DNA of 64,000 bases from an uncultured Gemmatimonadales bacterium (GTDB lineage Bacteria > Gemmatimonadota > Gemmatimonadetes > Gemmatimonadales > Gemmatimonadaceae): assembly GCA_963850905.1 (NCBI GenBank), contig CAWKMU010000003.1, positions 3,552,001 to 3,616,000 on the forward strand, given 5' to 3'. The stretch's first letter is position 1. Every line of letters begins with the position of its first letter. Shown one piece after another: positions 44,367 through 55,900 of this stretch. Under the pieces are notes generated by a model, which worked only from the letters and a program-made list of their open reading frames with translations, made no database searches and had not been told where the DNA came from. Position numbers and translations under genes: made by a program.

Positions 44367-46555
44367 GAGCTCGCGGATTCGGAGGACGCGTCGTTGGCCT
44401 GGTTGTCGCCGGCTGTTGCGGGCTGCCGGTCGTGGCCAGCGCGCAGAGCGATGCACGCGTCGATGGGCGCAATGCGGGCGATGTGGACGCCGTCGCCCAG
44501 TGGATTGCGCTCCCGGCTGCGACTGGGCACGAGGGGCGAGCGATGGACATCATCACTGCGTCCCTGCCCGGCTGGACACTCGATCCCAGCGGCAACCTGA
44601 TCGCGCGGAAAGGGTCTGGCACCCCCCGACGCGTGGTCGCGTGTGGTCTCGACGAAGCGGCATACGTGGTGAGCGAGATCACGGACGATGGGTACATCCG
44701 ACTGCACATGGACGGTCGGGCGCGCCGGTCCGCACTCTGGGACCAAAGTCACGAAGGCCAGCGCGTACGGATCCTGACGGCGGCTGGCGATCGGCCCGCG
44801 GTCGTGGCGGTCCGCAGCACACACCTGTGGCGTGCGCGCGCGAGCACCGAGCCCCTCGCAAACGTCGACTCGCTCTGGGTCGATGTGGGTGCCCGCTCGC
44901 GGGCCGAGGTCGCTCGGTTGGGAATCGCGGTCCTCGACCCCGTCATTCGCGAGTGGCCACCGTGGCGCTTCGCCGACATCGTCTCGGGCCCGGCCGCCGG
45001 AGATCGCGCGAGTTGCGCAGCGGTCGCGGCGAGTGCCCGACGCACCCCGACGACCGGCGAAACAATCTGGATCATCAGCGCGCGACACGCTTTCGGATAC
45101 GAAGGGTTGGCCGGCGCCCTTGCCAGGCTCGGCCCTGTGGACACACTGGTCGTTGTCGATCCGTCGCTGGGCCGGGACACGACAGGGCCAAGTGCCGCCG
45201 TCAGCCGGCGTCCGTTGGCGGCATCGAGTGACATTCCCTGGGTCGGCGCCCGCGTGCGCGCCGCAGTGGTAGTGAGTATCCCGACGCGATTCCCCGGCAC
45301 GCTCGCCGAGTCTGTTCGGGGCGAGGATGTCGCGTCCCTCATCGATGAGACGGCGCGTGCGGCGGGCACGCTGAGCATCGCCACCGCGGATCCGCCCCGC
45401 GAAACCTCGCCATTCGCGTTGCGGGGGGTACCCGGGCCGCCCCCTGCGGCGCCAGTCACGGACTCACTCACACCGGTCGCTCGACTACTCGGACAGTTGA
45501 GCGACGTGTACGGTGTCTCAGGAAATGAGGCGCTGGTTCGCGCGGCCGTGAGGGAGGCGCTTCCGGATCGCTGGAAGGCCCAGCCAACGACGGTCGATAC
45601 GGCTGGTGATTTGCTCGTCGAAGCGGGTCCCAACCGGGACACGGTGGTCATCGTGGCTCACCTCGACGAGATCGGCTTCCGCGTGGTGCGAATCAGTCAC
45701 GCCGGTTGGGCCACGCTCGCGCCACTCGGCGGATTCTACGCGTCGCTGTGGGAAGGACAGCCCGCGCTCCTGCATCTGGATCCAGGCCAAACCGTCCCTG
45801 CGACCTGTCCACTCGCCCCGACACCCGGAAGTCGGGCCGCCGGCGTACCAGCGGTCGCCGGCGCAGTACCGGCACTCTTTGTGCCGCGTGAACACCCGAC
45901 GAGCAAGCAGCCCGACTCGATGGTCGTGTGGGCCGGTGTCGATTCAGCGACGCTCGTCGCGTGCGGCGTTGTACCCGGCGCGCGCGTGTCGGGATTCAAG
46001 GTCGCATCGCGCCTCGGCATGATGCGGTTCACGGCGCGATCGATTGACGACCGCGCGGGATGCACAGCGTTGCTGCTGGCGCTTCGCACGCTGGATCCTC
46101 GCGCCTTCACACACAAGGTCATCTTCGTGTGGTCGGTGCGTGAGGAAGTCGGCCTGGATGGCGCCGCGGTCGTCGCACGGGCGCTGGGCCCCTCCGTTCG
46201 CCGCGTACATGCCATCGATACGTTTGTGTCCTCTGACTCCCCGCTCGAGAGTCATCGGTTCGCGTACGCACCTCTCGGAGACGGGGCCGCATTTCGGGCG
46301 CTCGACAACTCCAGCGTGACGCCGCCGGCTGAAGTCGCCCGGGTGGTCAGCGCCGCGGCCGCGCACGGCGTCCCCCTGCAGGTCGGCACGACCAATGGCG
46401 GCAATGACGGATCGACGTTTGTGCCGTGGGGGTCGGTCGACGTGCCGATCGGTTGGCCGATGCGCTACAGTCATTCGCCGGCCGAGCTGGTCGACCTGCG
46501 CGATATCGCGGCCCTGGCGCGCATGGTTGCTGTGGTCGCAACGACGGCCCCCTAG
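44357..46555 (+). CDS. Exported tandem M42-family metallopeptidase
   Basis: Signal-like N-terminus and two M42 repeats; the second has AHLDE, DDRAG, REEVG, ID and YSHSPAE. Confidence 0.82.
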   Translation: MRVRARGFGGRVVGLVVAGCCGLPVVASAQSDARVDGRNAGDVDAVAQWIALPAATGHEGRAMDIITASLPGWTLDPSGNLIARKGSGTPRRVVACGLDEAAYVVSEITDDGYIRLHMDGRARRSALWDQSHEGQRVRILTAAGDRPAVVAVRSTHLWRARASTEPLANVDSLWVDVGARSRAEVARLGIAVLDPVIREWPPWRFADIVSGPAAGDRASCAAVAASARRTPTTGETIWIISARHAFGYEGLAGALARLGPVDTLVVVDPSLGRDTTGPSAAVSRRPLAASSDIPWVGARVRAAVVVSIPTRFPGTLAESVRGEDVASLIDETARAAGTLSIATADPPRETSPFALRGVPGPPPAAPVTDSLTPVARLLGQLSDVYGVSGNEALVRAAVREALPDRWKAQPTTVDTAGDLLVEAGPNRDTVVIVAHLDEIGFRVVRISHAGWATLAPLGGFYASLWEGQPALLHLDPGQTVPATCPLAPTPGSRAAGVPAVAGAVPALFVPREHPTSKQPDSMVVWAGVDSATLVACGVVPGARVSGFKVASRLGMMRFTARSIDDRAGCTALLLALRTLDPRAFTHKVIFVWSVREEVGLDGAAVVARALGPSVRRVHAIDTFVSSDSPLESHRFAYAPLGDGAAFRALDNSSVTPPAEVARVVSAAAAHGVPLQVGTTNGGNDGSTFVPWGSVDVPIGWPMRYSHSPAELVDLRDIAALARMVAVVATTAP

Positions 46556-46567
46556 CACCGCTCTCTC

Positions 46568-48106
46568 ATGCCTCTTGCACTGCTTTCCGTCTCGGACAAA
46601 AGCGGCCTCGTCGACTTCGCGCAGGCACTCGCGCGCCTGCAGTGGGAGCTGGTGTCGACCGGGGGTACCGCCGCGACCCTCAGGAGCGCGGGACTCGTCG
46701 TTCGCGACGTCAGCGACTTGACCGGGTTCGCCGAAATGCTGGACGGTCGCGTCAAGACCCTGCATCCGGCGATCCACGGGGGCATTCTCGCGAGACGGGA
46801 CCGCCCGGCGCATCAGCGGCAGATCGAAGCGGCAGGAATTCGACCGATCTCGTTGGTAGTCGTCAACCTATACCCGTTCCGCGAGACCGCGGCACGCGCG
46901 GGGGCGACGCCGGAGGAGATCATCGAGCAAATCGATATCGGGGGCCCGGCCCTTCTCCGATCTGCCGCCAAGAATTTCGCCAGCGTCACGGCGATCGTGG
47001 ATCCGTCCGACTACCCACGAGTCCTCGCTGGCCTGGAGAGCGGCGACGACGATCCGGACCTGCGTCGGTTGCTCGCGGGCAAGGTCTTCGCCCACACCGC
47101 CGCCTACGATGCGGCGATTGCGAATTGGTTCAGCGCCGCCCGTGGTGATCCGTTCCCGGAGCGCCTGACACTGTCATACGAACGCGGTCAATCGCTCCGC
47201 TACGGCGAGAATCCGGATCAGCGAGCGGCCTTCTACGTCGAGCAACCCGGCGCCGGCCTCGCCGGTCTTCACCAATACGGCGGAAAGGAGCTGTCGTTCA
47301 ACAACCTCCTCGATCTCGAGGGCGCGCTGATATCGGCCGATCCATTTCGCGCGGTCGGAGAGGTCTGCTGCGCCATCATCAAGCATACGACCCCCTGCGG
47401 CCTCGCGATCGGGGCAACGCCCCTCGAGGCGTATCGGAAAGCGCTCGCCTGTGATCCCGTCTCCGCATTTGGCTCGGTGATCGCCTTCACGGTTCCGGTG
47501 GACCAGCCGGCCGCCGAAGCGGTATCGAGCCTGTTTGTGGAGTGCGTGGTGGCGCCGGCCTTCACCGAAACCGCGCTCGAGATTCTTGGTCGGAAGAAGA
47601 ATCTGCGCGTGCTCGCGGGGCGCGCCGAGTGGTCGCCCGACGCACTGGACTACAAGCGCGTGCGGGGCGGTCTCCTCGTGCAGGACCGGCCGCCGCTCGA
47701 GAGCGGCCGCCGCACCTGGCGGATCGTGAGTCGGCGGGCCCCGACGCCGACCGAATGGGCCGATCTCGAGTTCGTGTGGCGTGCAGTCGCGAGCGTGAAA
47801 TCGAACGCGATCGTGATCGCAAAGGACGGCGCGACGATCGGCATCGGAGCTGGCCAGATGTCGCGGGTGGATGCCGCGTTCCTCGCGGTGCACAAAGCCT
47901 CGCAGGCCGGCCTCGACACCAACGGCGCAGTCATGGGCTCCGACGCATACTTCCCGTTCCGGGACGGCGTGGATCATGCCGCCGCGTCCGGTGTAACCGC
48001 TATCGTCCAACCGGGTGGATCGGTCAAGGACCCCGAGGTGATCGCCGCCGCCGACGAACACGGCATCGCAATGGTGGTCACCGGACGCCGGACATTTCGC
48101 CATTGA
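46568..48106 (+). CDS. purH: Bifunctional AICAR transformylase/IMP cyclohydrolase
   Basis: [51 protein letters not shown]. Confidence 0.97.
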   Translation: MPLALLSVSDKSGLVDFAQALARLQWELVSTGGTAATLRSAGLVVRDVSDLTGFAEMLDGRVKTLHPAIHGGILARRDRPAHQRQIEAAGIRPISLVVVNLYPFRETAARAGATPEEIIEQIDIGGPALLRSAAKNFASVTAIVDPSDYPRVLAGLESGDDDPDLRRLLAGKVFAHTAAYDAAIANWFSAARGDPFPERLTLSYERGQSLRYGENPDQRAAFYVEQPGAGLAGLHQYGGKELSFNNLLDLEGALISADPFRAVGEVCCAIIKHTTPCGLAIGATPLEAYRKALACDPVSAFGSVIAFTVPVDQPAAEAVSSLFVECVVAPAFTETALEILGRKKNLRVLAGRAEWSPDALDYKRVRGGLLVQDRPPLESGRRTWRIVSRRAPTPTEWADLEFVWRAVASVKSNAIVIAKDGATIGIGAGQMSRVDAAFLAVHKASQAGLDTNGAVMGSDAYFPFRDGVDHAAASGVTAIVQPGGSVKDPEVIAAADEHGIAMVVTGRRTFRH

Positions 48107-48218
48107 GCCCGCGGCGCGTGCTGCCGTCGTCCCCTTTCTCCTTTCTGTTGTTCTCCTTTCTACGAGGCGCGCCAGCGCGAGTTGCCCTCGCCCCGCCGTC
48201 CAGGCACCTTTCTCCCCC

Positions 48219-50595
48219 ATGGCACAGACGAAGGTAACAGCCCCGGCGAGCCGCCCATCGTACGGCGCGGCCGCAATCGCGGCGCTGCTCGTGTTTCTGC
48301 TCTACGTCGTCACGCTCGCTCCGTCCACGGCAATGTGGGACACGAGCGAATACATCGCGGCTGCCTACGTGCTGGGCATTCCACACCCGCCCGGCAACCC
48401 GTTCTTCGTGCTGCTTGGGCACGTCATGAGCCTGCTGCCCGGTGGCCAGCGTCGCGCAGCGCATCAATCTGATGGCCGCCGCGTGCAGCGCTGTCTCCGC
48501 GGGCATGTGGTTCCTCATCACGGAGCGTGTGCTCGAGGGCTGGCTGCCAAGTCGCTGGCAGCGGCTGGTCGGCGCGTCGATCGCCGTGCTGGTCGGCGCC
48601 ACCGCGTTCACGGTGTGGAACCAGTCGGTCGTGAATGAGAAGGTGTATACGGTCTCGCTGCTGTTCTTTGCGGTCGTGGCGTGGCTCACCGTGATGTGGT
48701 GCGACGACCCGGACGGGCCCAAGGCCGACCACATACTGATTCTCATCGCGTATCTCGTCGGACTGGGCTACGCGAACCACCCGGCCGGCTTCCTCATCGC
48801 GCCCGCGGCTGCGGTCGCCATCCTCGCTCGGCGCTGGCACACCGTGCTCCGGTGGCGGCTCATGCTGGCGTGTCTGGGCGCCCTCATCATCGGACTCACG
48901 CCGTTCTTATACGAGCCAATTCGGGCGGCGCACTTTCCGCCGCTCAACGAGGGAGAGCCCACCGCGTGCACGACGACGTTCAAGGTGTCATGCACGCTCG
49001 ACAAGGTCACCTACGACCGGTTGATGGACAACATCAACCGGGTGCAGTACGGCAAGCCGGATGTCTCCGACCGACAGGCGCCGTTCTCGGCGCAGATCGG
49101 GATGTACTGGCTGTACTTCAAGTGGCAGTGGTTCCGCGACGTGCACGAACAGCATCCCGGCCTGCAGAACATGATGGCGGCGATCTTCTTGATCCTCGGT
49201 CTGTTCGGAGGCTACGCCCATTGGCGATACGATAGACGAAGTTTCTGGTTCTTCGGACCGCTGATATTCACGGTCACGATCGCGCTGATCGTCTACCTCA
49301 ACTTCAAGTACGGGTACTCGGAATCACCCGAGCTGGGTGAAACGGTCGCTCGCGAGGTCCGCGATCGCGACTATTTCTACCTGTGGAGCTTCTCGGCCTG
49401 GAGCGTGTGGGTCGCGCTGGGCTTCGTCTTCCTCTGGGAATCGGTCGCGGCCGTGTTCGGCACGGAGAATGGTGGGTCCGGCTCGCTCGGCCACGGAGCA
49501 GCCGACGAAGCGCTCCTGGCTGCTGGCCTCTCCATTGCTCGCGTTCGTGTTCATCCCGCTCTTCGTGAATTGGAAGTCCGCCTCGCGCGCGGGGCAAACG
49601 GACACGCGCGACTTCGCAGCCGATTTACTCAACTCCGTGGAGCCGTACGGCGTGCTCGTCACGGTGGGTGATAACGACACCTTCCCCCTGTGGTACGCTC
49701 AAGAGGTGGAAGGAATACGCAAGGACGTCGTCGTCGCGAATACGTCGCTGCTCAATACCGATTGGTATACGCGCCAGATGCTGCGACGGCCGATCTTTCC
49801 ATACGACTCGCTGGCCGGGTCCGTCCGTGTATCGTGGCCACGTGTGGAAGCGACCGACGACGCCGGTCATGAACATGACGATGGCCCAGGCAGACGCCGT
49901 CCCGCTGGCGGTCGAGGTGCCGGGCCCCCAAACGGTCCGCAAGCCGGGCACTGACTTCGTCGCAGTCATTGATCCGAAGAACTTGCCGCACCAGTTCCTG
50001 GAACGGGCCGACATCTTCGTGCTGCACCTCATCGTCGACAATCCGGAGCGTCCGGTGTATCTCAGCGCGACCTCCGGGAATTACGGCGCGCAGCTGGGGT
50101 TCTCGAACTTTCTCCTGACCCAGGGTCTGGCGCGCAAGGTCCTGCCAACCGCCCCTCAGGCGACGAAAGACACGGTCAACATCCCGGGCGAGGGCTGGAT
50201 GGACGTCCAGCGGTCACTCGCGCTGTGGAAGGAATTCAAGGCGCCGCACTCGCTGATCCGGCGCGGCGATTGGGTCGACCGGCCGTCTGTGAACATTCCG
50301 GCCCTCTATGTCATGAGTGGGTATTTCCTGGCCGAGGGACTGGCGCACGACGGGGATCGCGCGCAGGGCGACTCAGTGCTGCGCACGGCGAGTGAAGTCG
50401 CCGGAGCGGCGCATCTCGATCGAGATGTTCGGTCCGCGTCTCCCGCCCGCACAACCGCAACCGGTCCTCCCGCTACCGGAGAGCGGCGACAAGCCGCAGG
50501 CGGCGCCAGTTCCCGGGTCGGCTCCCGGTCCACCGGCGCGAAATCCGCAGCGTCAGCCGGCCAGCGCGCCCGCCCCGGCGCCAGCACCCAAGTAG
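48219..50595 (+). CDS. DUF2723-like polytopic membrane protein (about four frameshifts)
   Basis: WDTSEYIAAAYVLGIPHPPGNP, EKVY, REVRDRDYF, GDNDTFPLWYAQEVEG; the fragments join into one gene. Confidence 0.8.
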
Positions 50596-50601
50596 CGGCG
50601 C

Positions 50602-51183
50602 GTGCCCGAAGGGCCTGAGGTCGACACGGACAAGCTTCGTGAGCAGATCGACGAGGAGATCGAGCGGTCTGGCGGTCGGCTCGTGCGAGTCATCGCACTG
50701 TCCACGGCACTCCTGGCCGCATGCGCGGCGATCGCGTCGCTGGAGGCGGGTGCGACCGTCAACGAGGCCCTGGTTCTGAAAACGGAGGCGACGCAGCTCC
50801 AGGCGCGCGCTTCGGATCAGTGGACGTACTACCAGGCGAAGGGCATCAAGGGCGCGATCTCCGCTGCAACGGTCGCCGCCTGGCATGCCGCCGGCAAGAC
50901 GGCGCCGGCAGCGGACAGCGCGGCCGTCAGCAAATACGCTGCCGACCAAAAAGCCATTGCCGACTCCGCGCGCGAGATGGAACACGAACGGGACGCGCGG
51001 TCCGCCGAGGCAGACCTGCTCCTGCATCGCCACCATGGATTCGCCTACGCTGTCGCGTTCTTTCAGATCGCCATTGCGCTCGGTGCGGTCTCCGCGCTCA
51101 CGAGATCGCGTCCGGTGCTCGGGGCGTCCCTGATCGCCGGAGTCCTCGGGCTGGGATTCTTCATCGCTCACCTACGAGGCTGA
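50602..51183 (+). CDS. DUF4337-like membrane protein
   Basis: Three TM segments around ASDQWTYYQAKGIK; family assigned from memory. Confidence 0.72.
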   Translation: MPEGPEVDTDKLREQIDEEIERSGGRLVRVIALSTALLAACAAIASLEAGATVNEALVLKTEATQLQARASDQWTYYQAKGIKGAISAATVAAWHAAGKTAPAADSAAVSKYAADQKAIADSAREMEHERDARSAEADLLLHRHHGFAYAVAFFQIAIALGAVSALTRSRPVLGASLIAGVLGLGFFIAHLRG

Positions 51184-51189
51184 ACCCGT

Positions 51190-51408
51190 ATGCCACAGCA
51201 CCAAGGGTCGAACCATCACCGCGACGCTGCGGCGCATTACGAGCACGCCGCGCGCCATCACCGCGAGGCCGCCAAGTACCACGACGCCGGGAACGCGGAG
51301 AAAGCGGCATACCACGCGTACGTCGCGTTCGCGCATCATGCCCTGGCCGCCCACGAGGCCGAGGAAGCCGTCAAGCACTACGCCAGCGCGCACGCCCCGG
51401 AGTTCTGA
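51190..51408 (+). CDS. Small His/Ala-rich putative metal-binding protein
   Basis: 72 aa, 14 His in heptad spacing. Confidence 0.8.
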   Translation: MPQHQGSNHHRDAAAHYEHAARHHREAAKYHDAGNAEKAAYHAYVAFAHHALAAHEAEEAVKHYASAHAPEF

Positions 51409-51410
51409 CC

Positions 51411-52955
51411 CTACGGCGCCGGCGCCGTGTAGACCAACGACCACGTCCCCGTCGACTGACCCAGGTTGATGAGCGCGTGGGCGTACAGCTGCTCCGCGTC
51501 GTAGGACGCGACGTAGACGTCGTTCGCCGTTTGCTCGGCCGTCAGCACCTCGAGTAGCGACGCTGAGCCATGCTGATAGCTGTAGAGCTTGGCCCGCCGC
51601 ACGCGCTCGGCGTCGAGCAGCACGCTGCCCGTGTACTGCGCGAGCTGGACGATGGCCGCTTGATATGCCGACCACGCCTGTCGGACATCGATGACCGCTT
51701 TCCACTCGGTCGACTGTTCCGTCTTCTGCGCCTGCTTGGCCGTATACTGGGCCGCCCTCAGCTCGCCGTGCGAGAGGTTCGAGAGCGGAATCGGGAATGA
51801 GACGCCGACATTGACCGAGGAGAACTTGGGAGTCGGGTCGATCGCGTTCGTCCCCTGTGTGTAGTAGGAGGTGCCGGCGGTGAGGTCGATGTCCGACCAC
51901 CGGTCGCCGTGCGCCACCTGGACCCCCGCGTTCGCAGCGTCCAACAGGCGACGTGCCGCGATGACATCTGGACGCGAAGAGACAGCGACGCGCGTCAGGC
52001 TGTCGAGATTGGGCCCACCCTGCTGCAGCACCGCCTGCGCGGGCGGTCCCGCTGGCTGACCGATCGCCGCCGCCGGACCGCGTAGGCCGCCCGGTAGCGT
52101 GTCGGCGGCTGCACCCGCTGCCAGAGCCGCCTGCGCCGCCGCCGGCGTGATGGGTGCGTCTGGCGCGATCCCCGTGAGTCGGACCAGATCACCGGACGCC
52201 GCTGGGGCGACCAGCGTGTCGGTGGGCCGGGGGCTCAAGAGCCCCGTGAGTGTGAGCCGCGCGGTGTGCACATCGTTCGCCGCAGAGACCAGCTCCCCAT
52301 GGAACTGCGCGGCGTCAACACGCGACTGCGCGAGATCGATCTCGCCAATGTCACCCGCTTTGACCCGGCGCTCGTTGAGTGTCACCAGCCGATCCAGATC
52401 CGCCGCCGTCTGGCGTTTGCGCTCATACACCTGCTCGGCGTGCACCGCATCGACGTATGCCGTGGCCGCCGAGCCGCGCAACGTCCGCAGAAAGTCATCG
52501 AGTTGGGCGCGTGCGGCCGCGAGCTGCTCGCTGGCCACACGCGTGCGCGCGTGCAGCTTGCCGCCCACGAGAATAGTCTGCGTGAGCGAGACGGCGAACG
52601 ACGACGCCTGGTGCGCCCCCGACACGTCGAAGGCGCCACCCCAGTCGAGTGTCGGGTTCGGGAAGAGTTTGGCGACGGAAACCTGCGCGTCCGCGATCGG
52701 GACGCTGAAGGCCTGCGCTGCGTAGTCGAGGTTCCGACGGCCGACTTGCGCAATGAATTCGGCCACGCTCAGTCGGATAACCGGCTCCGATCCGCTCAGC
52801 ACGACCGCGGGCTTCGGCAGTGTAGAGCTGTCCGGCGCCGCTGGAGCCTTGGGTGCCGGCGGCTGGGCGTGAGCCATCGCAGCCACAGTGAGGACCATCG
52901 CGGCGGTCACGCGCGCACCCAGGATCGCGGACTGGCCTTTGGCGACGCGTTTCAT
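51411..52955 (-). CDS. TolC/CzcC-family outer membrane efflux protein
   Basis: Signal peptide, FPNP, G.IGEIDL, Y..G..SLLEVL.A; ATG 52955 overlaps the RND stop. Confidence 0.9.
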   Translation of the reverse strand: MKRVAKGQSAILGARVTAAMVLTVAAMAHAQPPAPKAPAAPDSSTLPKPAVVLSGSEPVIRLSVAEFIAQVGRRNLDYAAQAFSVPIADAQVSVAKLFPNPTLDWGGAFDVSGAHQASSFAVSLTQTILVGGKLHARTRVASEQLAAARAQLDDFLRTLRGSAATAYVDAVHAEQVYERKRQTAADLDRLVTLNERRVKAGDIGEIDLAQSRVDAAQFHGELVSAANDVHTARLTLTGLLSPRPTDTLVAPAASGDLVRLTGIAPDAPITPAAAQAALAAGAAADTLPGGLRGPAAAIGQPAGPPAQAVLQQGGPNLDSLTRVAVSSRPDVIAARRLLDAANAGVQVAHGDRWSDIDLTAGTSYYTQGTNAIDPTPKFSSVNVGVSFPIPLSNLSHGELRAAQYTAKQAQKTEQSTEWKAVIDVRQAWSAYQAAIVQLAQYTGSVLLDAERVRRAKLYSYQHGSASLLEVLTAEQTANDVYVASYDAEQLYAHALINLGQSTGTWSLVYTAPAP

Positions 52956-55900
52956 TCGACTGCTGCCTTCCGACGGTTGGCGCGCCGCGTCTCGAGCGCG
53001 ACGTACAACGCTGGCAAGACGATGAGGGTCAGCAACGTCGCGGTGATCAGGCCCCCGACGATAACCGTTGCCAGCGGACGCTGGACGTCGCTCCCGACCC
53101 CGCGGGCGAGCGCAGCGGGCATGAGACCGAGCGTGGCGACGCTGGCGGTCATGAGCACCGGGCGCAGTCGCTCCTCCGCCCCCTCGATGACGGCGTCCGC
53201 GAGCCACACGCCCGTGATCGACCGCCACCGGTTGAGGTTCGCGACCATGATCACGCCGTTCTGGACGGCGACGCCAAACAGCGCGATGAACCCGACGGCG
53301 CTCGACACGTTGAGCGTCATGCCGCGCAAGTGCAGCGCGATGACGCCGCCCAGGAGCGCGAGTGGGACGTTGAGCAGAATGATCCCGGCATGGGCCAGGT
53401 CACCGAACTGTGCGTACAACAGGACGAAGATCAATGCGAGCGCAGCGGGGACGATCACCATCAACCGCGCCTGCGCGCGCTGCTGGTTCTCGAACTGGCC
53501 ACCCCATTCGATCGAGTAGCGCTGGTGATCATACGGGACCTCGCGCTCGATCCGGCTCTTGGCCTCGTCGATGAAGGTCGACAGGTCGCGGCCTCGAAGG
53601 TCGAGTTTGACGGTGACGTGGCGACGACCCATTTCGTGCGTGATCGTGCTCTCCCCCGAGCCCTGGCGAATCGTCGCGACCTGCGACAGTGGAATGCGGA
53701 CCCCGCCTGCGCTCACCAGCTGCAGATCGCCGATCGCTGTCGGGCTGTTGCGCGAGTAGTCGGCGAACCGCACCGTGACATCGTACCGGCGGGCGCCAAG
53801 GAACACCTGGGAGAGCGCCTGGCCACCAATCGCCGTCTGGATCAGATCGGCAATGTCGGAGACATTGATGCCGTAACGCGCGGCAGCTGCGCGGTCGACG
53901 ACGATCTGGAGTTGCGGAAGCGGCGGCTCTTGATCGATCGAGGGATCGGCGGCGCCAGGAATCTTCGCCAGCAGGTCCTGCACCTGTTCGGCTATCCGTC
54001 GCGTCTCGTGGAAGTCGTCGCCGAGCACCCGAACCACCAGCTCGCTGTGCGCGCCGGCGATCATGTCCTCGACGCCGTCGATCATCGGTTGTGAGAAGCT
54101 GACGTTGAAGCCCGGCATCTCGATGGAAGCGGGCGTCCATCCGGTCGGATGAGCGCCTGTTTGTCGCCGCCCCACTCGCTGTAGGGTTTGAGCCCGACCG
54201 CCGCCTCGATGTGCGACGGAGTCCAGGGATCGGTGCCGTCCTCGTTGCGGCCGAGCTGCGTGACGACGAACGCGACCTCCGGGAATGTCCGCACCACGCC
54301 ACGGAGCTGCGCAGCCATCTCGCTCCCCTTTGCCAACGAGATCCCTGGCGGCATTTCGACCTGGAGCCAGATCGACCCCTCGTCCAGGTACGGGAGGAAG
54401 TCGCGCCCCAACACCGCAAAGAGCACGATCGCGAGCACGGCAGCCGCTGCCCCTGGGATGATCGCCTCGCGCGGGCGGTGCACGACGATTTCGAGCAGTT
54501 GGTGGTAGGACTGGGTGATGCGCTCGAGCACCCGGTTCCGATACACCTTCCCCGGCTTGCGATACAGGGCGAACGCCAGCGCGGGCATGAGCGACATGCG
54601 AGGTGAGCAGCGCGCCGACGAGTGCGTATCCGACCGTGAACGCCATCGGGGTGAACAGCTTGCGCTCGACCCGTTGAAACGCGAACAGCGGGAGATAGCC
54701 CAGGATGATGATCGTGGTGGCGAAGAAGATGGGGCGCGCGACTTGCAGCGCCGCCGTGCGCGCCTCGACCTCCGTCATCTCCGAGTCGGGATGTGACTCG
54801 TGGCGACGCAGGATCGTTTCGACCATCACGACCGACCCGTCCACGATGATGCCAAAGTCGATGGCGCCGAGCGACAATAGATTCGCCGGGATGTTCGTGA
54901 AGTGCATGCACACGAACGCGAACAGCAGCGACAGCGGGATCGTGAGCGCGATGAGCAGCGCACCGCGGACGCTGCCCACAAACAGCAGGACGACGATCGT
55001 GACGAGCGCGAGGCCCTCGAGGAGCGTGCGGCGGATCGTGTGAATCGTGGTGTTGATGAGTGTCGTACGGTCGAGATACGGGACGACCTTGACATCCGGA
55101 GGGAGGAGGCCACTGCCGTTCAATTGATCGACCTTCGCGTGGATCGCTGCCAGCACAGGCGACGGGTTCGATCCGCGCAGCAGGAGGACGATCCCCGTGA
55201 CGACATCGGAGGCCGAGTCCATCCCGACCATCCCCTCCCGCTGAAGCGCACCGAGATGGATCAGTCCCAGGTCCTTGAGGAAGATCGGCACCCCGCTCTT
55301 CTGCGTGACCACGACGTTGCCGAGGTCATCGAGCGATGTGAGCAGCCCGATGCCACGGACCACGACGCCCTGCTCGCCCGTGACCAGAATGCTGCCGCCG
55401 GCATTGGCGTTGTTGTTCGTGATCGCAGCCTCGACGTCGCGAAGCGCGAGTCCGTACTTGGCGAGCGCGGCGGGATCGACGACGAGCTGAAACGAAACCG
55501 TCTCGCCGCCAAAGAGCGTGACATCCGCGACGCCGGCGATCTGCTTCAGCGCAGGATAGACCACCCAGTCCTGCAGGTCCTTCAACTCACGCGGGCCCCG
55601 CTGCGTTGACTGCAGGGTGTACCGGTAGATCTCGCCGATCGGTGAGCTGATGGGATCGAGCCCCGGGGTGACGCCGGGCGGCAGCGTGACGTTCTGGATG
55701 CGCTCGTTGATGCGCTGCCGGGCCCAGTAGTCGTCGGTCCCGTCCTTGAACACCAGGGTGATGAGCGACAGGGCGTACGTGGTTCGAGACCGCATGACGA
55801 CGAGGCCCGGCGTCCCCGCGAGCTCGCGCTCGAGCGGCATCGTGACCTGCTGCTCCATCTCCTCGGCCGCGTGTCCCGGATACTGCGATACGACCTGCGC

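Noticed and set aside
54140..54600. Apparent novel Arg/Gly-rich insertion in the 1028-aa RND ORF
   Set aside because: It is out-of-frame translation between two compensating indels; the normal RND sequence is in ORF 54082..54597.
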